In this document: positions 41,037-55,200 of the stretch, piece by piece | Layout of the letters: each line of letters opens with the position of its first letter | Position numbering within the stretch: the first letter of the stretch is position 1 | DNA from: Balanoglossus misakiensis | Taxonomy: Eukaryota > Animalia > Hemichordata | Assembly: GCA_040954595.2 (NCBI GenBank) | Contig: CM082591.2 | Coordinates: 7,182,047 to 7,246,046, forward strand | Reading direction: 5' to 3' | Length of the DNA stretch: 64,000 nt | Notes under the pieces: generated by a model | What the model was told of the DNA's origin: nothing | Databases searched by the model: none | What the model saw: only the letters and a program-made list of their open reading frames with translations | Made by a program: the position numbers and the translations under genes

Positions 41037-41534
41037 TCTATATTCAATTGATAGTTGCTGTGGACTTCAGTGCACAACGCTAGAATTCCGAATTGTTTGT
41101 CCATCATGTAAGTATCAAACAATGAATATTGTTTTGGTGTAAACTCATAAGAAATTAAGTGCGAGTCAAGATTAAAGCCTCTATAGCTGCCAAATTTCAC
41201 ATAATTTTTTTCTACAGTAAAATACTTCAAATATATTCCCTATCCTCTAAAATCCTCACCATTAAGCCATATTACTTACATTTGTGTCAGTTTGTCATCT
41301 CTAGGCGACGCATACCACGATAGCTGTGTACTGTTTGTATGGAGGCTGATTAAATTGGTGCGGCACCTGTTTAATATACTAAGTATTCAAATTGCAACAT
41401 GCAGTCACAATCGGGCATTGATAAGGTGTTCATGTATACCTATCAGCAAGCTTATTTAGATGGACCAATTTAAGTTTGAAAATAAAATCATGCAAAAGTG
41501 GCAGCCACAGAGGCTTTAATACAAAGAATTGAAA

Positions 41535-41880
41535 TTATTATAATTATTAAGAATTGTTTAAAATACGCTACACATATGTCTCAGCGCATTGTACATAGCT
41601 AAAAGAGTAGATTAAAAAATACAAGGCTGGTAAAAATAATTAAAAGGACACAATCGAACACGTTACACATGAAACCGAGTAAAAAGGTATGTTTTCAAAT
41701 TACGCTTAAAAATATTGACACTTCTGGCGGATTTGATATCAATAGGTAAATTTTTCCATAAAATGGGTGCACAAACTGAAAAAGCTCTCTGTCCGTAAGT
41801 TTTGTTAAATTTAGCACGAGGATGAGTTAAAAAGAATTGAACACTCGAGCGCAGTTCTCGGGCTGGTACATATAAATGTA
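41535..41880 (-). mobile_element. 3' fragment of an L2/CR1-group LINE
   Basis: Minus strand 41880-41663 reads HLYVPARELRSS...YGQRAFSVCAPILWKNLPIDIKSARSVNIFKRNLKTYLF, the typical L2/CR1 ORF2 C-terminus, followed by an L2-like 3' UTR and AT-rich tail. Confidence 0.75.
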
Positions 41881-41882
41881 AA

Positions 41883-43415
41883 TCACCACAATTTTAATAG
41901 ACCGTACATTGCATAGAGCTCTTGGATTTCATCATAGATAATTTGAATAGCTGCTACAACTGGAGTGATCAGTTCGACAACTCTTTCAGGATGCTGTTTA
42001 CACAAAGTCTCCATCAACGCTCTCCTTCCCGGCAAAGTATAAACTGCAATATGAGCCATCTTGCGTATGATCCACATGTGATGTTTAGCGAGCGTTCTGT
42101 CGTACACATCAATGGCGAGCACCGCGACCTTCTTCGAATCGTCACTGTCTCGAAACCGTCGCATAAACTCCATGATGAATTCCAGCGGCCGGTGTAGCCG
42201 CATTAACGTTTTGCATCCTGAATGCAAACCGTGGTGCGATTTGCCTCTTGCTATGTTGTGTTCAACTTCATATTTCATCATGGATTGTACCGTCCTGTAG
42301 TGATCACCATGATCGGATTTTTGATGTTGTTCAAGTGTGTGGATTTTGTCCCGTAGATCTTTAGCCACAAAAGCGAAAATAGGTCCGAGTAGGTCAAAGA
42401 AACTGAAAATTAAACAAATTCAAAAGTTGTTGATGCAGAACAAAGCAGAATCGTGCAATCATTGAAGGAAATCCATATGCATGACAGGCTAAGCGTATTT
42501 GCATATTTTTCATGGGCTATAGCTCATAAAAACTGTCAACAGATGACTCTGCTCCTGATTAATTTGTTTATCAATTGACGCAAAGTACAAACAATACCTA
42601 TGCAAATACCTATACCTATGAAAATGGTATCACCCACACCAAGGTGGGCAGAAGTTGGTCCTGGCACTTTTTTTCCCATGATTCAAATTACAGTAAATGC
42701 CATATTGGTGATTCTGATAACTTTCCCTCGTTTTTGTAAAAAAAAACAAAAAACGTGCGACTTATACATGGCGAAAATGTTTGTTTCTGAAAGAGTGACC
42801 TCAAAGCTACCAAATTATGTAGAAATCAGCTAGACCGGTGAAAACAAAGTGTAAATGTACACTAGTGTTCTGCTGACATTGTATTGGGCCACACTATAGG
42901 TGGGTTATACAACACGCAGTATGAAGGTCGCCAGCGAGACTTCAAAGTGTCTCGCTTGGGATTTATGGATCTTTTGAATTGAAATGCCAGGCGAGCGCAC
43001 CCTGGACTCTACCATTCTCTGGTGGCGATGGTCAGCATTAGCGTTAGGGTATGGTTATGATTTTATTCAAAATGGCCCTATTTAAAACTGAAACTTGATT
43101 TAATTCATAAAACTAAATCACTTTAGTCATTTTAAAAACAGTCATAACAGTAACGCTAACCCTAACCCCAATGCTAACCTACGCCGCCAGAGAATGGTAT
43201 AATCCAAGGTGCCCTCGCTTGGCATTTCAATTCAAATGATCCGGATATTTATTACACATGTACAATATAGTTTTGACCAACAAAAGATCGACTTACCGGG
43301 CCAGTTCAGAATATGCAGCTAAGTACTTATCAAGAAATACAATGTTCTCCTTGGGGTGACTAGCCTTAGCTTCCTCAAGAACAACTGTCAGATCGAATGC
43401 ATTAACACCTCCCAT
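41883..43415 (-). CDS. CPTP: Glycolipid-transfer-protein-fold protein, ceramide-1-phosphate transfer protein (CPTP/GLTPD1)-like, ~212 aa
   Basis: Exons 43415-43297 (MGGVNAFDL...YLAAYSELAR, phase-2 donor) and 42402-41883 (FFDLLGPIFAFVAKDLRDKI...SGCKTLMRLHRPLEF...LAKHHMWIIRK...YTLPGR). These are GLTP-family motifs. A possible further acceptor lies ~35 nt upstream of the ATG. Confidence 0.85.
42966..43242. mobile_element. Foldback MITE in the CPTP-like intron
   Basis: ggatc.tttgaattgaaatgcca..cgag...accattctctgg inverted against ccagagaatggt...ctcg..tggcatttcaattcaaa.gatcc. Confidence 0.65.
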
Positions 43416-46283
43416 TTCCTGTGTGGTAACAGTGCGATGACCACTCTCTAAAAATAAGTGCTAGTTTGTCCGCTCGGAAGGTGCCGCTGCATGCAGTGGT
43501 ATTATTAGTCAGTGACGTCTGTAACGTTGCCTTTGTCACAAATCCGAAAATTTGCAACACTCGTATGTTCAAAAGTGATCGATTTTACAGTGTGTCGTCA
43601 CTAAACGACACGTTCTACCGTCACAAACGCCACCTATTATAAAACAACTTCCCTTTGTCCTCACTACCCATACTTAAAAATGGCTGTGCCGATATTCAAA
43701 TGCTGGTGAAATTGGCAACTGCATTTATCTGCTATAATATGGGACGGGGGTGTCATTTGGGGATAACGTTGAGACGCATATAAAAATTACATAATTTGGG
43801 ACAATAATCACTTTCATGAAAGCAATGAAAATGTCATTTATGAGCATATATTTCTTGCATATTTTAGTTTCACTTTTAATCAAAGCAGCCCCTCTTTTAA
43901 CAAATGGGACGTTCCATTCAATGGCAACAAATGCAACCTGTTGATTTCGTAACGGCGATGTGTACACTGTTTGCTGTGCCCAGCCCCATAGCCTTCTGCA
44001 ATAAAACTTTGCGGTGGTGCTATCTTGTGTTGACGGCATGTAGTCATCTCTCCTAATTATATTGTCATCATCTAATACGAACACGTGTCACTGAAAAGGT
44101 ATCTTAAAATCAAAATGAAAAACAGTATACTTTGTTTTCTATGCTGCTGACAGATTGATAGACAGCCATTTCTTATGTACTTCATGTTTAACATTCTTGT
44201 TCAAAATTAATGCTTATGTAACTGAATTCTGATATACATGTACAATGTCAATGTCACAGATATACATGATATGAATAGCATGAATAAATTTACTGCAAAT
44301 AAATTGAAATGTCAGATAAGGTTGAGATTCTATTGACGACCGACCATACATGTACGGTCCAATATGAAAGCAGCTGTCTGTGACCAACTCCAAAATTGCA
44401 CCCTCAAACACCACCACCACTATGTTGGTGATTCCAAAAGATGAGTTTGTATTATTTTTTTTGCCATTTCTTTATTTTCATCTAAAAATGATCAAAATTG
44501 AGAATTTAAAATTGTGTGCAATTTTTAAAAAGACAATAATTGTTTGTATCCATGTTTTGCCTGATAATTAGTCCTAAAATAGAAGATACTTTGTAGCTGA
44601 ATGAAATATTTTCTAAAATTCTATAGATTACATATATTATAGCGTTTTGCAACTATGAGTACATTCTATATTTAAAATTAGCTTTCAGAATGTGAACATT
44701 CTAGACAAATGCATACAAATATCTGGCATAAACTCTGTAAGTTTTACACAAAGTTAGAAAAAAAAATTATGTTTTTCATAATTCCATAATTTTATCACAC
44801 ATTTGTGCTTTGAATTGAAAAACAGCAAAATCCAGGGGGGGGGGGTCACTTAAATGTTGAAGTCCAAAAGGGGGGGGGTCATCTATTTTTTTAAATGTTT
44901 TTTTTTTTTGGGGGGGGGGGGTCACATACTTTTGCCACCGAACTTTTGCTTTTGAGTCCACAGTTTCGCGCCCTTTATTTTACAAAATTTTCTGCATCTT
45001 CTATATACTAGAAGTTTTATAAATGATGTCATGACGTAAAATGACGCCAAATCTTCTAACTTGGTGATAGCGAATGAACTTTGACTGTGTCCTGACTGTG
45101 TCAATATGTACCAGGGTACAACACACGTATCACATGACAACCCGCACGTAGTACTCCTGTACGCCCATAACTGAACTCCGAGATTTTCTGCTGATTTTGC
45201 CTGATGAGAATCAACTTCCTCCAAAATTTGTGGATCTGTGCATTTATTAATCTACCTGGAAACAAGCCGTGTCCTGTGGGAGGTTCAGCTGCTCTGTTAC
45301 AGCCGTCAACAGGTATGTTGTTGTATTGAAGTTGATCATTTCAAAAGTGCAGGTCCGATTAGTCCAACCCTAAAATTCAACGCACTCTATAGTTCAGACA
45401 TTTCTTGATTTGAATATCTGAACAATTAATTTCCCTTGCTTCATACACTCCAAAATTCTGTTTTAATGTATGTACACTGTTGAAGGCATTAGAACTTTCA
45501 TATATGAACTTCCATTTGTTCAACATCCCTGGCAGAATAATCCCTCATTTTGTAATTCTGTCGACCACTGTATGAGAATTATTATTTATAGTCAGGCCAG
45601 TGGTTCCGTTAACGCAAAATCCTGCGTATTTTACACCTTTCTGACCATAATTACGCACAGACAATGATGGACGCGTACACCAGGACGCGTTGACATTAGC
45701 CACTAGAGATAAGGAAATTCTATAGGCAAGGTTTACAAGCTAAAAATAACTGGACGCGCATGTAACTTTACATTAACGCACAGAAATGTTGCAATTTTCA
45801 CTCAGGCAACATGACAGATTAAACTTGGCAACACTGTACGGTGGTGTTCTAGCTGTTACAGGCTTTCAACTTCCTATGCAATTTTGATACATTTTACGCA
45901 AAGTAAATTCTGAATGCGTATTGAAGGACACATAGAAAAAAAATCTAACGGAACCTCTGGTCAGGCCACTTCCAATTAAGCTCCAACTATTCTGTCAATC
46001 ACAGTAGGACATGATGCAACATGCAGACTATGGTTAATATTTAATCCTTCATGTTGTGGCCTGGCTTTACACTGACTGTGACCTCATTTGACCTTTAGGG
46101 AGCTGCTTTACAATCATGTCATATCACGTAGTATACCGGTAGAGTACGCAGTCATGAATATGTCACAATACTAATTACATACTGTCAAGTTTTCCCTGAA
46201 ACAAATTTCACCATCACCTACCGGTACAGCAGTATTATACCGTACTGTATACTGGTATACTTCTTCCCAGCAGGAATGTAATT

Positions 46284-49200
46284 ATGTCAGAACCATCTGC
46301 AGCACTGGTTGTATTGAAATCATGGGACAAGGAGGCAAAGACCTCCCAACCAACTCAAGCTATAATCAAACATCTCAAAGAAAACACACTCCAGTCTGAG
46401 AATGTTTCTAAATTCCTCTGTACTACCCTTGAAGTTGAAGTTAGTGAAGAACAAGAGAAAGATGCAGAGAGTGTTGACGCTACTTTGATCCCAGCTGTAA
46501 GAGACAAGAGATTGGATCCTCATGAAGACCCCCCTGGAGTACACTGGTTTGCCAGCCACAGTATCCACTTCCCAGAGCTGAAAGAACTGAAAAACATCCA
46601 ACATGTAGTCGGATATTCTCCACAGACACACAATGCAGCCAAAGCAATTCATGAAAGTCTCTTCCCTGAAGCCAAACTTCATCAACTCCAACTTCCCAAT
46701 CCACCACCTGTGGCAGCATTAATGGTCATGCAAACCTGGCAGACAGAATCAGAAGATCAGACAACAACACCAACTCATCAGCTTGTCACTAAATTTCGAG
46801 AAGAAACCCTGAAGTCGGAGAAAGTTTCTCAATCCTACTTTACTACACTTGATGTTGAAGTGAGTGAAGAACAAAAGAAAGATGCAGAGAAATTTAATGT
46901 TACTTTGATCCCAGCTACAAAAAGCGAGTGGTTGGATCCTCATGAAGACCCCCCTGGAGTACACTGGCTTGTTAACCATAGCATTTACTTCCCAGGACTG
47001 AAGGAACTGAAAAACATCCAACATGTAGTCGGATATTCTCCACAGACACACAATGCAGCCAAAGCAATTCAAGAGAGTCTCTTCCCTGAAGCCAAACTTC
47101 ATCAACTTCAACTTCCCAATCCACCACCTGTGGCAGCATTAATGGTCATGCAAACCTGGCAGACAGAATCAGAAGATCAGACAACAACATCAACTAACAA
47201 ACTCGTCACTGAATTTCGAGAAGAAAAACTGAAGCCAGATGAAGTTTCTGAATTCCACTGTACTACCCTTGAAGTTGAAGTGAGTGAAGAACAAAAGAAA
47301 GATGCAGAGAGTGTTGATGCTACTTTGATCCCAGCTGTAAGAGACAAGAGATTGGATCCTCATGAAGACCCCCCTGGAGTACACTGGCTTGTTCACTATG
47401 ATACATACTTCCCTAGACTGAAGGAACTGACAAACATCCAACATGTAGTCGGATATTCTCCAAAGACACAGAATGCAGCCAAAGCAATCCACGAAAGTCT
47501 CTTCTCTAAAGCCAAACTTCATCAACTCCATCTTCCAGATCCACCTCCTGGAGTATTATTTGTGTATGACGACTGGAACAAAGAAGATTGTGGCTTGACT
47601 GGGTTTCACAGAACTCTCGTACAAGATTTCTGTGCAAGAAAAGTCAAAGAAGAAACACCTGTTAACGCCTACTCCACCTTTGTTGGTGTCAAAGTCAGTG
47701 ATGACCAGAAGGCAGATGCTGCCAAGTGTCGGGTTAAATTGATTCCAGCACAACAACAAGAAGAAGACAGAACTGCAGAGCCAGAAGAAGATCAGCCACA
47801 TTTAAAATGGTTGACGAAATATCATGAAACCTACTACCCTCACCTCAGACAGCTACAAAACATCCAGTATGTTGTTGGTTATGCTCCAAGAACTGGATTT
47901 GCTGCTGCAAATATCAGAAAAAAATTGTTTCCTGATGCTAAACTTGTAATGATCAACCATGCCTATGAAGAAGGCAACTGTCTGTTGAAACTACCTCCAG
48001 GAAAGTTTAGTGAAATGATGCTGAAGCTGGCCAGTGAAGCTGACCTCATATTTTCAATTGGTCCAAGTATGTATGAGCATTTCAAGAATGAATACCGAGC
48101 TACCTTTGATGGCAGGGAACTACACATGATCCCTCATGAAGAGATTTTTCCCAGACCTGCTGAAGTCTTTTTCAGAAAAGACCCAACGTTCCTAGATGGA
48201 GTGGCTACTCACAGCATACTGACATATGGACAGATTGATACACAAGAAGCCTTGGACAGATGTGAGACAATAGCAGCTGCTATTGGAAGTGCAGCAAACA
48301 TGGTGAAAGACTTTCACAACAAACTTCTGAATTGGTCAATACGGGGAGCAGGTGAGGCTGAACTGAAGCATATTCTACAGCAGATGAACAGCAATCATGT
48401 AAAAATGGCATATCCTCACCCAGATTACTCAGAAAAGACCTTAATGATATCAGTGCATCAATCTCACAGTTGTCTTCCCGTCTCTGTCTACAAGGACTAT
48501 CCATATAGCGGTTTAGAATCTATAGCAGTTGGACTACCAACCTATCCTGATGAATATTCCCAGCTTGGAAAGTTAGTCAAGAAATACTTTCCATACCACG
48601 CAGACAGATTTGTAGTGTCACACTTATCTGATAAGATTTCAGAGAAGATAATATGGAGTGTCAAGAACACCAGGTCAGCTTTTGAAGAAGCTAAGGAGCT
48701 GAAGAAGGCTCTCATGGAGTGTGAAGATGTCAACAAGTGTTACGCCAAATTCAGCAGTTTGTTGACACCAGACGAAATAAGGGAACAGGAAGACAGAGTT
48801 GACCCATGTGGCAAGGATATAAATCCTGCAGGTATGGGACATTTTAAATATTTTGCCCTCAAGGTTTTTGTTTGGGATGCAATCATGTGGTTTTAATGGT
48901 TTTTGATCTGCAAGGCTAGTCAGTGTGCCTGCATTTCTTAAAGGAGCAATTTTCAATCCATGGTTCTCCCATTAGTACGGTAGATTAATTCTCCCCCAAC
49001 CCAATTGTGGCTTATACTTACTAATCGTGTTTGAATTATCACAACATTAATTTAGACACTGATCTGAACTGCTTGTCTCCTTAGCTAAAAAAAACCTATC
49101 ACCAAGTGATCGGTTTTGATTAGGCCATGCTCATACCAAACAGGAATTCAGATTGATTTGGTGCATGTATGTAATTTATTGTCATTATTGTCTCTGACAT

Positions 49201-52200
49201 AATTGTTGTTCTACCTGTCATCATCCATAGATAATCCCACTGACACAAAAATTGCAATCCATGTCCAACTGGATGAAACTGCCTATCAGCAACATCGAGC
49301 AGAAAATGTGGGTCAGAATGAGGAAAGGCAACAGGCAGCATCTACAGCTTGGAACAACTGCAAACAACAGTTGAAGAGAAGAGCATCTGATGTGGTATCC
49401 AACGGTGATGACACTGAGAAAGTCAAGAAAGTCTGCACTGAGAATTTGGGTGAAGTGGAAATAACCAGTATGAAATCAGAGTCTCTGCAAATCACAGCCA
49501 ACATGCGTAGACTTTACAATCTCTACAGATTGCGGGGAAGCTGTCTTGAAGATTCAAGAAGTTTAGCCAAGGCATTAGAACCAATCTTGATGACAGATGA
49601 AATGACAGAGGCCAACACAGCTGGAATTCCACTACAGTTGACAGCAACATATGACCAAGCCAGGTTTGATGAACTGGAACTATTCTTCCTGAACAGTAAG
49701 TTTTGTTTATCAGATAGGGCTATAATAAAACTCTCAGATTATTGATAAAACCAGAAAAAATTGGTTGCAATTGCCTTCCAAAAGAGATAACAATCTTCCT
49801 GAAGCATGGTATTTAATTTATCAAGTTGATTTGACAATGATTTCATATCAACATTTCTACTCAATGTACATGTAACTTGTTTGACATATAGATGAAATAG
49901 GATAACTTAAATTTTGAATGACTTCTGTGTGTATACGTAATTGTTGTAACAGTAACAGATATGATTTCCTAGAAAAAATGTTTTATTTATTATCTTTCAG
50001 GAGATGGTGGAGGAATAGGACCAGTGGTATGTAACGACAGCGTAGACGATGAATATGTCAATGAGATACTGGCCGAGGTATGCTTTGTAATTTTAACCCT
50101 TAAAGTGCCACACCTGACCAATTGCAAGCCAAGCTGCTCTTGAATGATTATTGTCTTCCAGAGTCATGTTGACTACACAGGTCAATTTATTGTGAGTGCT
50201 AAAAAAATATGACAGTGATAGATGCATGATGAATTTATGCACTTCATAATGTATCCGGTAAAAGGATAAAGCCTTTTATGCAGCATAACTTCCAATTTCA
50301 GGTTGAAAGAACACACCTAACTTTGCAACGGGAGGTTACAGAAAAATATGTTGATATTGAACAGACTGACCTGAAACAAAGTGAGTAATTTAATATAAAT
50401 AATAGTCAAGTACTGGAAACATTTGGTACGTACTCTAGTCCACATTTGTTCATCTTTTGACTTTCTGGTCCAGCTGTGATCAGATAAACTTGGGCATATA
50501 TTTTGCTTGGAACACACTGACCACAATTTTCAAACGAACACTTATATACACAGTGGGGGATATGTGCACACACTGCACATAAGGCTTCATAAATATTCAC
50601 AGAATAGAATGGATTTTTGTCTTCAACATTGGATTTTTGTCTTCAACATTTCAGTCTTTCAAATGCTCAGAGATTGGGCATGATATTTCAAATGCAATCG
50701 TAAATAATTACTGACATGAATGGTTTGTTAACAGTTATACACATATTTGACTTGTCAGTGTACACTTACACTATAATGTCCTGACTTTTTTTTTATCTGA
50801 GGGATGATGTAGGAAGGATTTTGTTGTGGCTATGATATCTGGTTATGGGTTATATTTTACATTCAACACCGTGAACCACTCTTTCTTTCTTCATAACCAG
50901 CTTAATTTGATGCTTCATGTGCCAAGACTTAAAACCTGATTTTGTGTGTATTTTGCAGGTGGGATATTATCCAAGTTGTTGTTCCTTGAGATTGATCCGA
51001 CACGAGAAATCCAGAAGTCAGTTGACAAATATGCACCTCTGATACTCAACAGTGAGCAGTGTAAAAGACAGAAAGGAAGGCAGTGTGACATCATACAACT
51101 TACAGTGAAAATGACCGAGAAAGTTCAGCATATCCTATCTCACAGACCTCAAGTCTTAGAGTTACTGGGTGTTAGAAGGTACCTAATGACTGACACAGAA
51201 AGGATAGATTTTAGTGAATCAGGTAATTCACAAATATGATGCAAACAGCACATTTGCTTTACAAAGGGAAGTATGTTTGCTGCACTTTGTAACAAAAAGT
51301 AAATAGGAACATACGCAGCTATGCACTGGTGTGCAACATGAATGAATCTTTATAATAGTTTTGCAATATTATCATTCTCTATGTGTGATAATTAGGGGTT
51401 ATTACACTTATTTTGGTCGATAACGCGTTGTATTCGAGTGATGTCCGTATTTTGACGAGTTGCGCTTCGCAACGAGTCAAAATACGGACATCACGAGAAT
51501 GCGTCGCGTTATCGACCAAAATTAGTGTAATAACCCCTTTATCATACATGCCTACCTATAAAACAGTACGATTTGCGAAAATGCGCCGAGAAAAACAATT
51601 TCAAATTTGAACCGGGCGCTGGGATCACGGCAGTCGCCATGTTGTGACGTATGACGTTTGGGCCGTAGTATCATTTTAAGGGGGTTGGCAGCTTTCATTA
51701 CGATGGGCACATCCGCATTCTAAATAAAATTGTCTACGTTCTCTTTCAAAATATCATGTTAACAATTATTTTGCATTGAGAATTTCGAAGAACTAAACAT
51801 GACAAAACCGCCAGCTTTGAAAACTTTATTACAGCTTCTAATAACCGAATTTTACAACACCCCTCTCCACTAGAGTCCTATGGCTCGTGTGTCACTCGCG
51901 CGCGCAGCGAACTGTCGCGCCGAGACGCGGACGCGATATTTTCACATTGTGAAATACCGTAAAATATCTTCGGGGCGAGAACAATAGAAAGTGTTAAATA
52001 CAGGCGTTGCATGTATGATAATTATGGAACTTAATACATGTCCAAGGTTACTTGATATCAATAAAATTTATCTACATTCTCCATTTCAGAGTTGGAAGAA
52101 GAAATCATACAACATGGCAGACCAATTCATCCTATACCAGCAGAGTCTATCAGCTTACAAGCAAAAAGCTTACTGCCCTTTGAAGCTAGTGCAAAGCATC

Positions 52201-55200
52201 TCAAAGAACTGCAAAAACTGTTGGACGGGGCCCTGACAGAGAAGTCCAAAATTCAGACTGAGTCAGTTGAGAATAAGAGAAAGCTAGTTGGAGAAATAAC
52301 TAAACTGCAGACTGAGTCAGTTGAGAATAAGAGAAAGCTAGTTGGAGAAATAACTAAACTGCAGACTGAGTCAGTTGAGAATAAGAGAAAGCTAGTTGGA
52401 GAAATCACTAAACTGCAGACAGAGAAAATGATTCTAGAGAATCAGTTGAAAGAGGCACTTCAGGAAAAGTCCTTCTTAGAAGAGCAGTACAAACAGAAAC
52501 TTGCAAGTGTTGAGAAAGTAGCCGCCACACAACTTCTGGATGTCATTTCCCTGAAGCAAAGATTGAAAGAATCAGACCCTAGACACATCCAAGAGTTGGA
52601 ATCTAAACTTGAACAACAAGAACAAACCATAACTGAGCTAAAGTCAAAATTATCCAAAATTCAGGATGAGCAATCTAACACTGAGCTGCAACTGAAAACT
52701 GCTAAAACTCTTCAACTGGAAGAAGATGCAAAATTGGAAATAGAACAAGGTGAGATTTTTTAAGAATCTGCTCGATAATTCCTGCATCAGGAAATCCTTA
52801 AGTTAAATTGCCAGCTCATATAGGTAGATTTAAAAAATGCAAGTTGTCATTGTTGAAAAGATTAAACATGTAATTAACATTTAATTTCAAATATTTGTAA
52901 AATTAATGTCTATGTCAACTCTCCACTACAGGAAGTAAAGAGATATCTCAGGATACAAAGGGAGCCAGTGTTTCAGCAAAACCTTCTAGAACAGGTATGT
53001 GCATTCTCAGTGTTGGAAAATAAGTTGAATACATGTGTTGATAATAAGGGATCAGTTGATTCAAAACTTCAAGTAAATGTTGAATCATTGGTTGCCAGAC
53101 TTCTACCGGTACTACCAAACTGCATTGTGTGTAAATGTATAATATAAGAAAACTTGATGACATAACATTTATGGCACTTATCAGAAACCTTGACATCACA
53201 ACGCAAATTTTTACAAGTATGAGGCAAGATGAGAATAGAGATCTGGTCACCAACAATTCAGAGAGTTCAAAATCATTTTAAGAAACTTTTCACTTGATCA
53301 AACATAAACAAAGTAACGTCAGAAGATACCAACCTTGTCATCTTTGAATTCAACTTTGTATTCTTTGCAAGAATAGATTGGCTGTCTGGTCATTGATGAA
53401 TACTTTTGTCTGTAAATTAGAAACATCAAAATGCGTGCAGATATTGACTCAATATCAATATCATGTGGATGAGATTGTTATGATCAATTCTGCAAGAGCA
53501 TTTGATGGGGCCAAGGTGAGCCAGAATAGAAAAAAGAAAAGCTATGAGCCAATTTGTGTGTAAATGTCCAATGTACAAGTAGGCTGATTATTGGCAGATA
53601 GCATAAAGCAATATAAAATAGAACAGTGGTTCAACCCTCTGTTTTGATTGGTATGGTTGAATCCATACACAAGAAAAAGGGGTCAAAGGTTCACTCTTTG
53701 TTACAGTGGCCAGAAATAAAACAACTCTGGTCCAGGGTGAAAATGCTCAATTTCTACAATTTCAACCACTAGCTACAATCATTCAATTTCTTCATTTGAC
53801 TATGGAATTGTCATATGTAGATATTCCACAATATCAAGAAACTTTAATTTTGTTTTGATTATAAATAATCAAAAAAGGTAATTCAAATTAGGAACTTACC
53901 AATTTTTTATCTAAGTGACAATCTGGAACAGCCAGTGGTGTTAAGACAGACTATTTATCATGACTCATCCTAAGTAACTGCAGGTTTTCCATCTCTCAGA
54001 TCATCTGCAATGATGTCACTATATAAGTGGTTAGGGTATATTCTTGCAAGAAAATATATCACTAAATTTCCAATGCATTTTACTTTCCAATAAATTCTTT
54101 AAAGTTAGAAAGATTTACACCAATAATTTTCTCAAGGGTTTATTCACAAAAATACTCACCTGGTCAAAGAAAGTACCAGCCCTCTCGGCTAAGGAGTAGA
54201 TCACCAATATGACAATTACTGATTGAAAAGCAGACCATCTCTGGTTGGCTGGAAAAAGAAACAAAATCTTTGGCACAACAACATTACAGATAGTATATAA
54301 AGTTAGAAATACTTTGTATTATAATAGTCTGTCAATAAAATGACAGATAGCTTTTTTCTTTATATTGCAAAGCAATAGAAATAGTTTCAGAAATTGATGT
54401 TTGTCTTGTTGCCCTGGTTTGAAAAGCTACAAGTATAAGGTAGGCAATGATCCTTGAGACATTGTTCACGAATTTTTATGTAAGACCTACTAATTCCAAA
54501 ATTACAAGGCAAAGATTATTCCTGTACTGATCTGTTAAGATGTGTTACCATGACAACAGTACTGTCACTAAATCCATTGAGCAGTTGAATAGGAACATTT
54601 TTTATGGGTTACAAACACCATACATAAAGTTTAAAGTTAAATTAAAACACTAACTTTAGCACATTGCCAATGTTTTACAAAATACATTGAGGTTCAGTTG
54701 TCATGGTTACCAGTCAATAATGCTACCATCATACATTTTTTCCTAAAAATAATGGACCAAAGACTTATCCCTGAAACTCAGTTCAAGAATTGTTACGAAA
54801 TGTCTACTGAGTCAAAAGTTACAAGTAAAAGATTATTTTTGAACTGATTTCTTTGAATGTGTTACCATGGCAACATCAACGATAGTATATCTATTGAATG
54901 GTTAAATAAGATAGTCTTTTATGTATATTATAATATCAAAAAGAGACAAAGTACATTTCCTCCTAGCTATATTGCAGAGAAAAAGAAATAGTTCAAGAAA
55001 CTCTTGGTTACTCTGGTTGCCATGGTTATTTGTCACTGTAAACATTGTGTACAAAAACTACCCCTTAGTAGTTCAGTTGTCATAGCAATGATTCGTTTCT
55101 TTTGTAATATGTTTTCTCTTGTTAAAATGAACAATAAAACACTAACTCTAACATATTCCTAATGCATTGCAATACAGCATGTTTGACCTTTGACCTTTGT

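Noticed and set aside
43030-43180. Telomere-like ttaggg/ccctaa motifs
   Set aside because: Only a few degenerate units inside a foldback MITE.
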